The notes under the pieces were generated by a model. That model saw only the letters and a list, made by a program, of their open reading frames with translations, searched no databases and had not been told where the DNA came from. The position numbers were made by a program, and so were the translations under genes. 64,000 bases of DNA, taken from positions 2,756 through 66,755 of the forward strand of contig CACKBQ010000004.1 in NCBI GenBank assembly GCA_902598405.1, read 5' to 3'. The DNA is from an uncultured Pelagibacteraceae bacterium. GTDB lineage: Bacteria > Pseudomonadota > Alphaproteobacteria > Pelagibacterales > AG-422-B15. This document shows positions 19,444 to 29,355 of this stretch, piece after piece; within the stretch, counting starts at the first letter, position 1, and each line of letters begins with the position of its first letter.

Positions 19444-20766
19444 ATGGCAAATACCACACCTACGACTAATTCTTTGGAAAACTATTTTTTACCTTTTACT
19501 GCAAATAAAGACTTTAAGAAGGATCCAAGATTATTAGACAGAGGTGAGGGAGTATACTACTGGAATCATAAGGGCGACCAGGTAATAGATGCTTCTTCAG
19601 GTCTATTTTGTGTTCCATTGGGACATGGCAGAAAAGAAATAGCTGAAGCTGTTCATCAGCAATTATTAAAATTAGATTACTCTCCTAGCTTCCAAGTTTC
19701 TCATTTACCTGCTTTTGCATTAGCTGAAAAGGTAGCAAATCTTCTACCGGGAGATTTAAACAATGTCTTCTTTACAATTTGTGGATCTACTGCAATTGAC
19801 TCTGCAATTAAAATAATTCAGGCTTATCAGCACGCAATTGGACAATCGCAACGTGTAAGGTTTGTGTCAAGAGAACGCGCATACCATGGTGTAAATATCG
19901 GAGGAACCTCATTAAGTGGCATGATTAAAAACCGTGAGATATTTACTGCAACAATGCCTGGAGTTATTCATTTAAGACACACTTGGTTAGAAGAAAATAA
20001 ATATACAAAAGGTCAGCCGCAACATGGAGCTCATCTTGCTGAGGATCTTCAAAGGTTTGTTGAAATGTATGGTCCCGAGTCAATTGCTGGGTGTTTCGTC
20101 GAACCCATTGCTGGTTCAACAGGAACAATTGTTCCCCCTATTGGATATTTAGAGAGGTTGAGAGAGATTTGTGATAAATATGGGATTGTTCTTGTTTTTG
20201 ATGAAGTCATCACTGGTTTTGGTAGAACAGGAAAATCATTTGGGGCTGTAAAATACAATGTACAGCCTGATATGATTACAATGGCAAAGGCAATTACTAA
20301 TGGAGCGCAGCCTATGGGGGCAGTTGGTGTTTCAGATAAAATTTACAATGCGATTGTTGATAATGGACCAGAGCACGGAGTAGAGTTTTTTCACGGATAT
20401 ACTTACTCAGGTCATCCAGCTTGTGTAGCAGCATCTCTTGCTACTTTAGATGTATATGAAAAAGAAGATGTGTTCGCAAGAGCAGAAAAGATGTCGCCAT
20501 ACTTTATAGATGCAGTTTTTGATGCATTTCAGGATATACCAATTGTTACAGACGTAAGAGCGGATGGAATGATGGCTGCTTTTGATCTAGCAGTTGATAA
20601 AAATCCTGGTGTGAGAGGATATGATGCCCAAAAGAAAACATTTGCTAATGGTGTTCACATAAAATTTACTGGGGATGCTGGTATAGTTGCCCCTGCATTA
20701 ATTGCTGAAGAAAAACATATAGATGAAATGCTTCAAAGAATTAAAGAGGTCTTAGTAAAATACTAG
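19444..20766 (+). CDS. Class III aminotransferase, omega-amino acid/beta-alanine:pyruvate type
   Basis: PFTAN..F...PR, RERAYHG, EPIAGSTG, FDEVITGFGR, MAKAITNG, FFHGYTYSGHP. Confidence 0.88.
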   Translation: MANTTPTTNSLENYFLPFTANKDFKKDPRLLDRGEGVYYWNHKGDQVIDASSGLFCVPLGHGRKEIAEAVHQQLLKLDYSPSFQVSHLPAFALAEKVANLLPGDLNNVFFTICGSTAIDSAIKIIQAYQHAIGQSQRVRFVSRERAYHGVNIGGTSLSGMIKNREIFTATMPGVIHLRHTWLEENKYTKGQPQHGAHLAEDLQRFVEMYGPESIAGCFVEPIAGSTGTIVPPIGYLERLREICDKYGIVLVFDEVITGFGRTGKSFGAVKYNVQPDMITMAKAITNGAQPMGAVGVSDKIYNAIVDNGPEHGVEFFHGYTYSGHPACVAASLATLDVYEKEDVFARAEKMSPYFIDAVFDAFQDIPIVTDVRADGMMAAFDLAVDKNPGVRGYDAQKKTFANGVHIKFTGDAGIVAPALIAEEKHIDEMLQRIKEVLVKY

Positions 20767-20774
20767 CAACTTAT

Positions 20775-23219
20775 ATGTCAAAGCTTCCTTCACACACAGA
20801 GGTTGTTATTATTGGAGGAGGCATTGCTGGTACAAGCATTGCATACCACCTTGCAGAGAGAAATGTTCAGGTCACACTTGTTGAAAGAAAGAGTTTAACT
20901 TGTGGCACAACTTGGCATGCAGCTGGATTGGTTGGTCAATTAAGGGCAACAAAAAATCTTACAAAAATGGCCAAGTATTCAACGGAGCTCTATCATAAGC
21001 TTAATCAGAAAGAAGATCTATCTGCTGGATTTTTGATAAATGGTTCAGTTTCTATTGCGGAAAATGAGGGGCGTTATCAAGAAATGAGTAGAGGCGCATC
21101 AATGGGTCGAAGTTATGGCTTAGAAATAAATGAAATTTCAATTGATGAAGTAAAGGAGAAATACCCACTTCTCGATACAAAGCATGTTAAAGGAGCATGG
21201 TTTTTGCCTCAAGACGGGCAAATTAACCCGGTAGATATTACAATGTGCCTTGCAAAAGAAGCAAGACGAATGGGTGCTAACATTATTGAAAATAATAAAG
21301 TCATTTCAATCGAACAAGAAGGTGACAAGGTCACAAAAGTTATTACACAACAAGGTGATATTACATGTGATAAGATTGTTATATCTGCTGGAATGTGGAG
21401 TAGGGAAGTAGGTAAAATGTGCGGGGTGAATATACCTCTGCATGCATGTGAACATTTCTATGCTGTAACTGAATATTCAGAAGATATACCAAAAAATTTA
21501 CCCATCTTAAGAAACCCAGATGCCTATATTTATGTGAAGGAGGACGCCGGAAAACTTTTAATAGGCGCCTTTGAAAAGAAAGCAAAGCCTTGGGGCATGA
21601 ACGGTATTCCTGAAGATTTCGAATTTGATAGTTTACCAAACGACCTTGATCATTTCGGACCTATTTTAATGGAAGCAATGGATAGGCTTCCAATATTGAA
21701 TGAGCTTGGCATTAAAACATATTTTAATGGACCTGAGAGCTTCACACCTGATGATAGGTATTACTTAGGCAAAGTGCCTTACAAAGAAAATATATTTGTT
21801 TCTACTGGCTTCAATTCAATAGGAATTCAATCTGCTGGAGGAGTTGGCAAAGTTATGGCTGATTGGATCATAAATGACAAAAGTAAGATTGATTTGTGGG
21901 ATGTAGATGTCGCTAGAGTATTAGATTTTCAAGATGATAATGAATATTTAAGAGAAAGAAGCTCTGAAACGCTTGGGCTCTTGTATGCTGTGCATTGGCC
22001 ATACTATCAATTTGAAACGTCAAGAAACAAAATTAAATCTCCACTCTATAACCAACTTGAAAAAGAAGGAGCTTGCTTCGGAGAAGCGGCTGGATGGGAA
22101 AGGCCAAATTGGTATACCAATAATGGTCAAAGACCTCAATATCAATACTCGTATCATAAACAAAATTGGTTTGAAAATGTAAGGAGTGAATGTATTGCAG
22201 TAAGAAATGATATTGGCTTATTTGAACTTACATCTTTCTCTAAGTTTATTATTCGAGGAGATGATGTAGTTAATTTTTTAAACTATATGTGTGTAAGTGA
22301 AATGAATGTACCAATTGGGCGAATTATATATACACAAATGTTAAATGACGAAGCTGGAACAGAAGGAGACATTACTTTTACAAGAATAAGTGAAAATGAA
22401 TTTATGTTTGTTACGGGTCCAACTTCACACAATAAAGACTATTACTGGTTATTATCTCATTCAAAAAAATTTAAAAATATAGAAATTATTGATGTTACTA
22501 AACAATATGGCTGTCTTTCAATAATGGGACCCAATTCAAGGGAGCACCTTCAAAGAATATGTAATGAGGATATTTCAAATGAAACATTACCGTTTGGATT
22601 TTCTAAGAAAATAAATCTTGTTGGCGCTGAATGTAGGCTTCATAGAATTACATACGTTGGCGAGTTGGGTTTTGAAATATACATCCCTTATAATAATTTG
22701 GAAAAAGTATTTGATGTTGTTTATGCAAAAAATGGAAAGAGCCCAGTAAAACTTGCAGGCTATCATGCACTAAATTCACTGAGAATGGAGAAAGGGTATC
22801 TTCATTGGGGGCATGATATTGGAGTTGAGGAAAACCCTTTTGAAGCGGGTGTTGGATTTTGTGTAAACTTTAATAAGAAGATGCCTTTTTTAGGACAGGC
22901 AGCACTTGAAGAAAAGAAGAAGTCTGGTCTTAGTAAAAGAAAAGTAAATTTTGCATTATCTAACAATGACTTATTGATTTATCACAATGAGCCAATCTAT
23001 TTTGACGGTAAGATTGTTGGTGAAATTTCTTCAGGTATGTATGGTTTCTATTTAGACAAATCCCTAGGCATGGGTTACATTTCAAACAATGATAGTTACT
23101 CTGTTGAGGAAATGATGAGTCATCAAAAATTTGAAATTGAAGTTGCTGAAACTAAATATTCTGCAGAGGGGTCAATAAATTGTTTTTATGATCCAGGCAG
23201 AGAAAAAATATTAGTGTAG
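20775..23219 (+). CDS. GcvT-family flavoprotein (sarcosine/dimethylglycine dehydrogenase-like)
   Basis: IIGGGIAG, GTTWHAAG, NGPESFTPD, GWERP, TYVGELGFE, LRMEKGY; 814 aa FAD plus folate-binding architecture. Confidence 0.92.
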   Translation: MSKLPSHTEVVIIGGGIAGTSIAYHLAERNVQVTLVERKSLTCGTTWHAAGLVGQLRATKNLTKMAKYSTELYHKLNQKEDLSAGFLINGSVSIAENEGRYQEMSRGASMGRSYGLEINEISIDEVKEKYPLLDTKHVKGAWFLPQDGQINPVDITMCLAKEARRMGANIIENNKVISIEQEGDKVTKVITQQGDITCDKIVISAGMWSREVGKMCGVNIPLHACEHFYAVTEYSEDIPKNLPILRNPDAYIYVKEDAGKLLIGAFEKKAKPWGMNGIPEDFEFDSLPNDLDHFGPILMEAMDRLPILNELGIKTYFNGPESFTPDDRYYLGKVPYKENIFVSTGFNSIGIQSAGGVGKVMADWIINDKSKIDLWDVDVARVLDFQDDNEYLRERSSETLGLLYAVHWPYYQFETSRNKIKSPLYNQLEKEGACFGEAAGWERPNWYTNNGQRPQYQYSYHKQNWFENVRSECIAVRNDIGLFELTSFSKFIIRGDDVVNFLNYMCVSEMNVPIGRIIYTQMLNDEAGTEGDITFTRISENEFMFVTGPTSHNKDYYWLLSHSKKFKNIEIIDVTKQYGCLSIMGPNSREHLQRICNEDISNETLPFGFSKKINLVGAECRLHRITYVGELGFEIYIPYNNLEKVFDVVYAKNGKSPVKLAGYHALNSLRMEKGYLHWGHDIGVEENPFEAGVGFCVNFNKKMPFLGQAALEEKKKSGLSKRKVNFALSNNDLLIYHNEPIYFDGKIVGEISSGMYGFYLDKSLGMGYISNNDSYSVEEMMSHQKFEIEVAETKYSAEGSINCFYDPGREKILV

Positions 23220-23230
23220 AAAGTATAGTT

Positions 23231-25009
23231 ATGACTAAAATGACGACAGAAGAAGCATTTGTAAAAGTTTTGCAAAAACACGGAATACAGCACGCATTTG
23301 GAATAATTGGATCTGCATTCATGCCAATTTCCGATTTATTTCCAAAGGCAGGTATTACTTTCTGGGACGTAGCTCATGAAAATAACGGCGGTATAATCGC
23401 AGACGGCTATACTAGAGCGACAGGAAAAATGTCTATGTGCATTGCACAAAATGGCCCAGGCATTACTAACTTTGTTACGCCAATAAAAACTGCATACTGG
23501 AATCACACTCCAATGCTTCTAGTTACTCCACAAGCGGCTAATAAAACTATAGGACAAGGTGGCTTTCAGGAAGTAGAACAAATGGCATTGTTTAAAGATA
23601 TGGTTTGCTACCAGGAGGAAGTGAGAGATCCTACTAGAGTTGCCGAAGTACTAAATCGAGTAATTTCAAAAGCATTCAAAGGTTCTGCTCCAGCACAAAT
23701 AAATATTCCTCGCGATATGTGGACACAAGTTATAGATATCGAGTTACCGCCAATAATAAAATTTGAAAGACCATCAGGAGGAATCGAAGCAATAAAAGAA
23801 GCGGCAAAACTTCTATCTAATGCTGACTTTCCAGTAATATTATCAGGAGCAGGGGTGGTCTTAGCTGATGCAATCAATGACTGCAAAGCTTTAGCTGAAA
23901 AATTAGACTCACCTGTTGCTTCTGGCTATCAACATAATGATAGTTTTCCAGGTAGTCATCCACTTGCAGTGGGGCCTTTAGGTTATAACGGCTCAAAAGC
24001 TGCTATGGAGTTAATTTCTAAAGCAGACGTTGTTCTTGCCTTAGGAACTAGACTAAACCCATTTTCAACATTACCTGGTTACGGAATAGATTATTGGCCA
24101 AAAGATGCAGCTATTATTCAGGTTGATATAAATTCTGATAGAATTGGATTAACAAAAAAAGTTTCAGTAGGTATATGCGGTGATGCAAAACAAGTTGCTC
24201 AGCAATTATTAAATAGTCTTTCTCCTGAAGCGGGAAACAAAAATAGAGATGAGAGAAAAGCTCTAATTCATCAAACCAAATCTGCTTGGTTACAAACATT
24301 GAGTAGTATGGATCATGAAGATGACGATCCTGGAACGTCATGGAATGAGGAAGCTAGAGTAAGGGATGCAGATCGCATGTCTCCTCGCATGGCTTGGAGG
24401 GCTATACAGAATGGCTTACCAAAAAATGCAATAATTTCATCCGACATAGGCAATAACTGCGCAATAGGAAATGCTTATCCAACATTTGAGGAAGGTAGAA
24501 AATATTTAGCTCCAGGTCTTTTTGGGCCTTGCGGTTATGGCTTCCCTTCAGTTTTAGGAGCTAAAATAGGCTGTCCAAATATTCCTGTTGTTGGTTTCGC
24601 TGGAGATGGAGCTTTTGGTATAAGCATGAACGAAATGACATCTTGTGCTAGGGAAGAATGGCCTGCAATAACAATGGTGATATTTAGAAACTATCAGTGG
24701 GGCGCCGAAAAAAGAAATTCGATATTATGGTATGACAATAATTTCGTCGGTACCGAACTAGATCCTGAATTAAGCTACGCAAAGGTTGCAGAAGGCTGCG
24801 GATTGAAGGGTGTTATAGTTAAAACCATGGATGAGCTGACAAATTCACTCAGAGCTGCGTGTGAAGAACAGTCAAATGGAGTTACAACTTTTATTGAAGT
24901 TATTTTAAATCAAGAGCTTGGGGAACCTTTCAGACGAGATGCAATGAAAAAACCAGTTGAAGTTGCCGGCATCAATCCTGATGATATGAGCCAAGAGCAG
25001 CACGGTTAA
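23231..25009 (+). CDS. xsc: Sulfoacetaldehyde acetyltransferase
   Basis: MTTEEAFVKVL, AFGIIGSA, AQNGPGITN, GYNGSKAAM, DIGNNC, GDGA, NYQWGAEK, LGEPFRRDAM. Confidence 0.96.
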   Translation: MTKMTTEEAFVKVLQKHGIQHAFGIIGSAFMPISDLFPKAGITFWDVAHENNGGIIADGYTRATGKMSMCIAQNGPGITNFVTPIKTAYWNHTPMLLVTPQAANKTIGQGGFQEVEQMALFKDMVCYQEEVRDPTRVAEVLNRVISKAFKGSAPAQINIPRDMWTQVIDIELPPIIKFERPSGGIEAIKEAAKLLSNADFPVILSGAGVVLADAINDCKALAEKLDSPVASGYQHNDSFPGSHPLAVGPLGYNGSKAAMELISKADVVLALGTRLNPFSTLPGYGIDYWPKDAAIIQVDINSDRIGLTKKVSVGICGDAKQVAQQLLNSLSPEAGNKNRDERKALIHQTKSAWLQTLSSMDHEDDDPGTSWNEEARVRDADRMSPRMAWRAIQNGLPKNAIISSDIGNNCAIGNAYPTFEEGRKYLAPGLFGPCGYGFPSVLGAKIGCPNIPVVGFAGDGAFGISMNEMTSCAREEWPAITMVIFRNYQWGAEKRNSILWYDNNFVGTELDPELSYAKVAEGCGLKGVIVKTMDELTNSLRAACEEQSNGVTTFIEVILNQELGEPFRRDAMKKPVEVAGINPDDMSQEQHG

Positions 25010-25626
25010 ACTCTTTGAAGAGTGTGCATTCGCGACCTTGCACTATCTTTGTGGTTAGGCAAAGCAATAAAAGGTTTTGATAATTTGATATAATTGTACT
25101 CATTCGATCTTTTTTCTAATTCGCGCTTAAATCCAAGTTTTGAGAAAATTTTTTCTGAAATAGAGAGTATGAGATAACCCCCAGGCTTTGTTAATCTAAT
25201 TAACTCCTTTATTGATGACGGTCCTACATGACCTGACGTCAAAACACCTGTGCATATAACTAAATCAAATTGATTTCCCTTTAAACTTGTTTTCTTGCTT
25301 AACGACTCGCAAACCAGTTTTTTATATATTTTTTTAGAGCGAGCTACTCTTAACATATCTTTTGAATAATCTATCCCCACGATATTATTGTAACGAAGAG
25401 CTTTTAAAACTTCTGCGACATAGCCAGTACCACACCCTGCATCAAGAATTTTTGAGCCCTTCTTTACATTTATATACTTTTCTAGAATCTGTTTAACTTT
25501 AATTGGGTAAGCGTAGCCCCAGTCTTTTAGGTCACTGTCATAACCGTCAGCCCATTCCCTATAATGTTTTTTTAGGCGGGTTGAATTCTTTTCCTTATAA
25601 ACAATGTTTAGCCATTTTTTACCCAT
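25006..25626 (-). CDS. Class I SAM-dependent methyltransferase
   Basis: Y..WA..YD, ILDAGCGTG, GIDYS..ML, TKPGG. Confidence 0.88.
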   Translation of the reverse strand: MGKKWLNIVYKEKNSTRLKKHYREWADGYDSDLKDWGYAYPIKVKQILEKYINVKKGSKILDAGCGTGYVAEVLKALRYNNIVGIDYSKDMLRVARSKKIYKKLVCESLSKKTSLKGNQFDLVICTGVLTSGHVGPSSIKELIRLTKPGGYLILSISEKIFSKLGFKRELEKRSNEYNYIKLSKPFIALPNHKDSARSRMHTLQRV

Positions 25627-25681
25627 TATGAGCGCTTTCCTCTTTTTAATATTTAATAAATAGTATAAAAATTAGTCATAT

Positions 25682-26797
25682 ATGTTGATCGGTATCCCTA
25701 AAGAAATTAAGCCACAAGAAAATAGAGTAGGCCTAACTCCTGAAAGTGTAAAGGAACTTATTGATGATGGTAATGAAGTAATCATTGAAAGAACAGCCGG
25801 TCAGGGGTCAGGTTTTGATGATCAAAATTATAACGATGTTGGGGCGACAGTTTTTGAAAATGCGCAAGATATTTTTGATCGCGCTGAGTTGATCATTAAA
25901 GTTAAAGAACCTCAAGAAGATGAAATTAAAAAGTTGAAAGATGGTCAGCTGCTATTCACATATTTACACCTTGCTGCAAGTAAAGCATTGACAGAAGGAT
26001 TAATGAATTCTGGAGCAACATGTATAGCTTACGAAACTATAACCGATAAAAATGGAAGGCTTCCATTACTTGCTCCGATGAGTGAAGTAGCTGGTAGAAT
26101 TTCAATACAAGCAGGAGCCAGAGCTCTTGAAATGACAAACAAAGGAAGAGGCGTCTTATTATCTGGTGCAACAGGAGCACCGCCAGCTAAAGTTGTAATT
26201 ATTGGATGTGGAGTTGTAGGGTTTAATGCCGCCCTTATTGCTCATGGAATGAAATCAAATGTAACGCTTATTGATCAATCTGAAGCAAGACTCAATGAAT
26301 TAAAAAATTATTTTAATAATGAAGTCAATACATCAATATCAACACCTGAAACTATAGCTGAAGAAGTTAAAAACTGTGACTTGCTAATAGGAGGTGTGCT
26401 GATCCCGGGTTCTAGTGCGCCCAAATTAGTATCGGATGAACTAGTTTCTAAAATGAAAAAAGGAGCAGCCATTGTGGATGTCGCAATAGATCAAGGTGGG
26501 TGCATTGAAACCAGCAAGCCTACTACTCACGCAGACCCGGTTTATATTAAACATGACGTGGTACATTACTGTGTAACAAATATGCCAGGATGCGTTCCCC
26601 GTACATCTACCATCTCTCTAAATCAAGCTACATTACCGTTCGTAAAAAAATTAGCGAGAGATGGGTTAAAAAAAGCGTTATCTGATGATAGGAATTTTAT
26701 GAATGGGCTAAATGTTATAAAAAATAAGTGCACTCAAGCAGATGTAGCAAGAGATCTAAACATAGCATTTTCAAACCCTGAAAATTTAGTTGCTTAA
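25682..26797 (+). CDS. ald: Alanine dehydrogenase
   Basis: IGIPKEIK..ENRV, KVKEP, FTYLHLA, LLAPMSEVAGR, DVAIDQGG, NMPG.VPRTST. Confidence 0.95.
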   Translation: MLIGIPKEIKPQENRVGLTPESVKELIDDGNEVIIERTAGQGSGFDDQNYNDVGATVFENAQDIFDRAELIIKVKEPQEDEIKKLKDGQLLFTYLHLAASKALTEGLMNSGATCIAYETITDKNGRLPLLAPMSEVAGRISIQAGARALEMTNKGRGVLLSGATGAPPAKVVIIGCGVVGFNAALIAHGMKSNVTLIDQSEARLNELKNYFNNEVNTSISTPETIAEEVKNCDLLIGGVLIPGSSAPKLVSDELVSKMKKGAAIVDVAIDQGGCIETSKPTTHADPVYIKHDVVHYCVTNMPGCVPRTSTISLNQATLPFVKKLARDGLKKALSDDRNFMNGLNVIKNKCTQADVARDLNIAFSNPENLVA

Positions 26798-27840
26798 ATA
26801 CTTTTTGCGGCCTTTGACAGGTTTTTTAATTTAAGCATTGCCATATCTCTACTTAAATATCCAAGACCACAATCAGGAGCTGCTATAAGTCTCTCTTTAT
26901 CAATATGGTTTAGACAGGACAGCAATCTATCCCTTATCACATCAATTTCTTCTACTTCACTTGAGGCAACCTTTATTAACCCAAATATTATTTTTTTTGA
27001 TTTATACAACTCAAGTAGTTTTAAATCATTGTGTCTATGAGCATCTTCAATAGATATGGTATCAATCAGACTATTCTCTAAGGCATCTGCAATTTCAAAA
27101 TAACTTATTAACGGCGCTTTAGGATAATCATCTGCATCAATTTTATCTGGATATCCACAACATATATGAGTTATCTTTTCACAGTCTGTAACTCCATGAA
27201 AACATCTTTCAAGATTATCTATTCCAAATTCGATTGCCTCTTTTGATTTTCTTGCAAATAAAGGTTCGTCTACTTGTATATATTTACAGCCAGAACTGAC
27301 TAATGACTTTATTTCTTTATTTATTGCCTCCCCTAAATCTACTCCTAACATTTTATGATCATTATAAAATTCATCAGCAATGGTATCTGTGATAGTCAAT
27401 GGTCCAGGTATTGTAACTTTAATAGGATTTTTTGATATTGACTGATTAATTTCGTATTCTTTATTTAAAAAAGACCCAATAAATTGAATTTTATTTGTGA
27501 TTGTTGGAAGCCAACAATCATAATTACCTGTTCTCGCTGTTTTCTTTGTTAACTTTTCAAAATCGATCCCACCTAGATGCCTGCAGTGATAATGAATATA
27601 ATTTTCTCGTCTAACTTCACCGTCTGTAATAATATCAATACCGCACTCAATTTGATCTTTAATAATACTTTCTGAGGCAAGTTTTATTTGGACCTCATAT
27701 TCTTCTCCCATTTTTAGTTTTGCCTGTTCCCACTTAGAAGTTGGGTATTCAGCATCTGTTCCTTTCTCATCTTTGAACCAATCAGGTAAAGTTAAGAAAT
27801 CTGGCTTTGGGTAGGCGCCAATTGTAGTTGTTAAAATCAT
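26794..27840 (-). CDS. Cobalamin-independent methionine synthase catalytic-domain-only family protein
   Basis: TTIGAYPKP, TDGEVRR, PGPLT, QVDEP, HICCG and PDCGLG zinc ligands; 348 aa. Confidence 0.88.
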   Translation of the reverse strand: MILTTTIGAYPKPDFLTLPDWFKDEKGTDAEYPTSKWEQAKLKMGEEYEVQIKLASESIIKDQIECGIDIITDGEVRRENYIHYHCRHLGGIDFEKLTKKTARTGNYDCWLPTITNKIQFIGSFLNKEYEINQSISKNPIKVTIPGPLTITDTIADEFYNDHKMLGVDLGEAINKEIKSLVSSGCKYIQVDEPLFARKSKEAIEFGIDNLERCFHGVTDCEKITHICCGYPDKIDADDYPKAPLISYFEIADALENSLIDTISIEDAHRHNDLKLLELYKSKKIIFGLIKVASSEVEEIDVIRDRLLSCLNHIDKERLIAAPDCGLGYLSRDMAMLKLKNLSKAAKSI

Positions 27841-27846
27841 ACAAAA

Positions 27847-27875
27847 AGTCTATTTAAAACAATAATTTAGCCAAG
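27847..27875 (-). promoter_or_regulatory. Predicted sigma70 promoter, probably leaderless
   Basis: On the minus strand cTTGGCT, 16 nt, TAGACT, 6 nt, ATG at 27840; no SD. Confidence 0.45.
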
Positions 27876-28111
27876 AAATAATTAAACTTAAAAATAAAAA
27901 TAATAATCATTTTTATCAATGCTTTATAGGATAAATTTAAAGTATCTATTTATGATTAATTTTTATGTATATTTATCATGTATTTAGATAAAGATCCATT
28001 TAAAGAAAATTTATTAACTTATTAAATTTCTTTAACTTTGTTCTTTACAGCTACCTCTATATGTATGAAAATTTTTATCAATTAAACAAATAAATTAAAT
28101 GAGGAGTAGCC

Positions 28112-29257
28112 GTGAAGAAAATTAATAAAACTCTTAAGGCTGCAAAAGTTTCAAGAAGATCAGTCCTGAAAGGTGCAGCTGCAACTGGTGCAGCAGCAGC
28201 TATTGGGCCTTGGTATATTCCAAACGCTTTTGCTGCTCCCGTTGTTAATGTTTTAATGTGGGGCGAATATTTGCCGGACTCAGTAGTTGCAGATTTCAAA
28301 GCAAAAACTGGAATTACTGTTAACCATACTAAAATAGGAGATAACGGTGAAATTATATCAAAAATGAAAGCTGGTGGTGGAGCCGGTTATGACCTTGCAA
28401 GTCCAACAAACATGAGAGCTTTGCAATGGGCTGACCTTGGCGTACTTGCCCCATTTGATATGAATCGAATAAACACAAGCGCTGTTAACCCAGGAATGCT
28501 AGCTGTTGGTGAGCGTGACTGGAATTTTGGTGGAAAAGGATCTCACTGGGTACCACAACTTTGGGGTACTGAGTCGATTTCTTGGAGAACCGACAAATGG
28601 CAACCCGATGGACTTCCAAGCTTTGGAGATATTTGGGAGCCTAATCCTGGAATAGATGGCGCATTCATGATGGGTAGAACATACTCAATGATGACTGGAT
28701 GTGGTATTTGGATGCATCATCAAGGCAAAATGGATTTCTGGTCTTCGTACAACGATGAAGATACAATGAGAAAGAATTGGGAAACAATTACTGACTATTG
28801 TATTTCAAAAAAAGGAAATCTTGTTAAATTTTGGTCTGGTGCCGATCCTCAGAAACAAGGATTCACATCTGATGGTGTTGTCGTAGGACAAACTTGGGAT
28901 GGCCCTATTGCAGCAATGATGAAAGCTGGAGAACCAGTTGCGTACCAAACTACTGATGAGGGTGCGTTGGCATGGATCGACGGTATAACAATGTCTGCAA
29001 AAGCAGAAAACATTGATGAAGCTTATGAGTTAATCAATTACAGTTTTACACCAGAAGTAGGCGGCCAAACTGTGAATGAAATCGGTTATAACTCAGCTGT
29101 TAATGGAGCTTCAGACCATTACTCAGATGAAACTAAAGCTTTAGCAAAAGCAATATACCCGGGGGACACTTCGACCAAGTTAAATCCTTGGCCACCAGAA
29201 CCGCCATGGTATGCTGATGCAAGAGCTGAATACGCTAACAAATTTGAAACAGCGTAA
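28112..29257 (+). CDS. Polyamine-type ABC transporter substrate-binding protein with Tat signal (PotD/PotF family)
   Basis: GAGGAG RBS, GTG start, SRRSVLKG, WGEY, WGT, WDG, EGALAWID. Confidence 0.88.
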   Translation: MKKINKTLKAAKVSRRSVLKGAAATGAAAAIGPWYIPNAFAAPVVNVLMWGEYLPDSVVADFKAKTGITVNHTKIGDNGEIISKMKAGGGAGYDLASPTNMRALQWADLGVLAPFDMNRINTSAVNPGMLAVGERDWNFGGKGSHWVPQLWGTESISWRTDKWQPDGLPSFGDIWEPNPGIDGAFMMGRTYSMMTGCGIWMHHQGKMDFWSSYNDEDTMRKNWETITDYCISKKGNLVKFWSGADPQKQGFTSDGVVVGQTWDGPIAAMMKAGEPVAYQTTDEGALAWIDGITMSAKAENIDEAYELINYSFTPEVGGQTVNEIGYNSAVNGASDHYSDETKALAKAIYPGDTSTKLNPWPPEPPWYADARAEYANKFETA

Positions 29258-29280
29258 TTAGTTCTCTAGGATTAGTTATT

Positions 29281-29313
29281 AAAAGCGCCCAAGGCATTGT
29301 CTTGGGCGTTTTT
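29281..29313 (+). terminator. Intrinsic terminator/stabilising hairpin after the binding-protein gene
   Basis: AAAAGCGCCCAAGGC-ATT-GTCTTGGGCGTTTTT: GC-rich stem with a T tract. Confidence 0.75.
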
Positions 29314-29355
29314 ATTGAATCGTGTTTTTCAGTTAAACCATTATAATTTGTATCA

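Noticed and set aside
19444-20766. Naming the aminotransferase tpa
   Set aside because: Its motifs match the beta-alanine/omega-amino acid:pyruvate subfamily; taurine activity is inferred from context only.
27841-28111. Possible SAM-V, SAM-II or cobalamin riboswitch upstream of the MetE-like gene
   Set aside because: The region is extremely AT-rich with no GC stems or conserved motifs, and a promoter appears to abut the ATG. The AT-rich inverted repeat at 27999-28035 is too weak to call.
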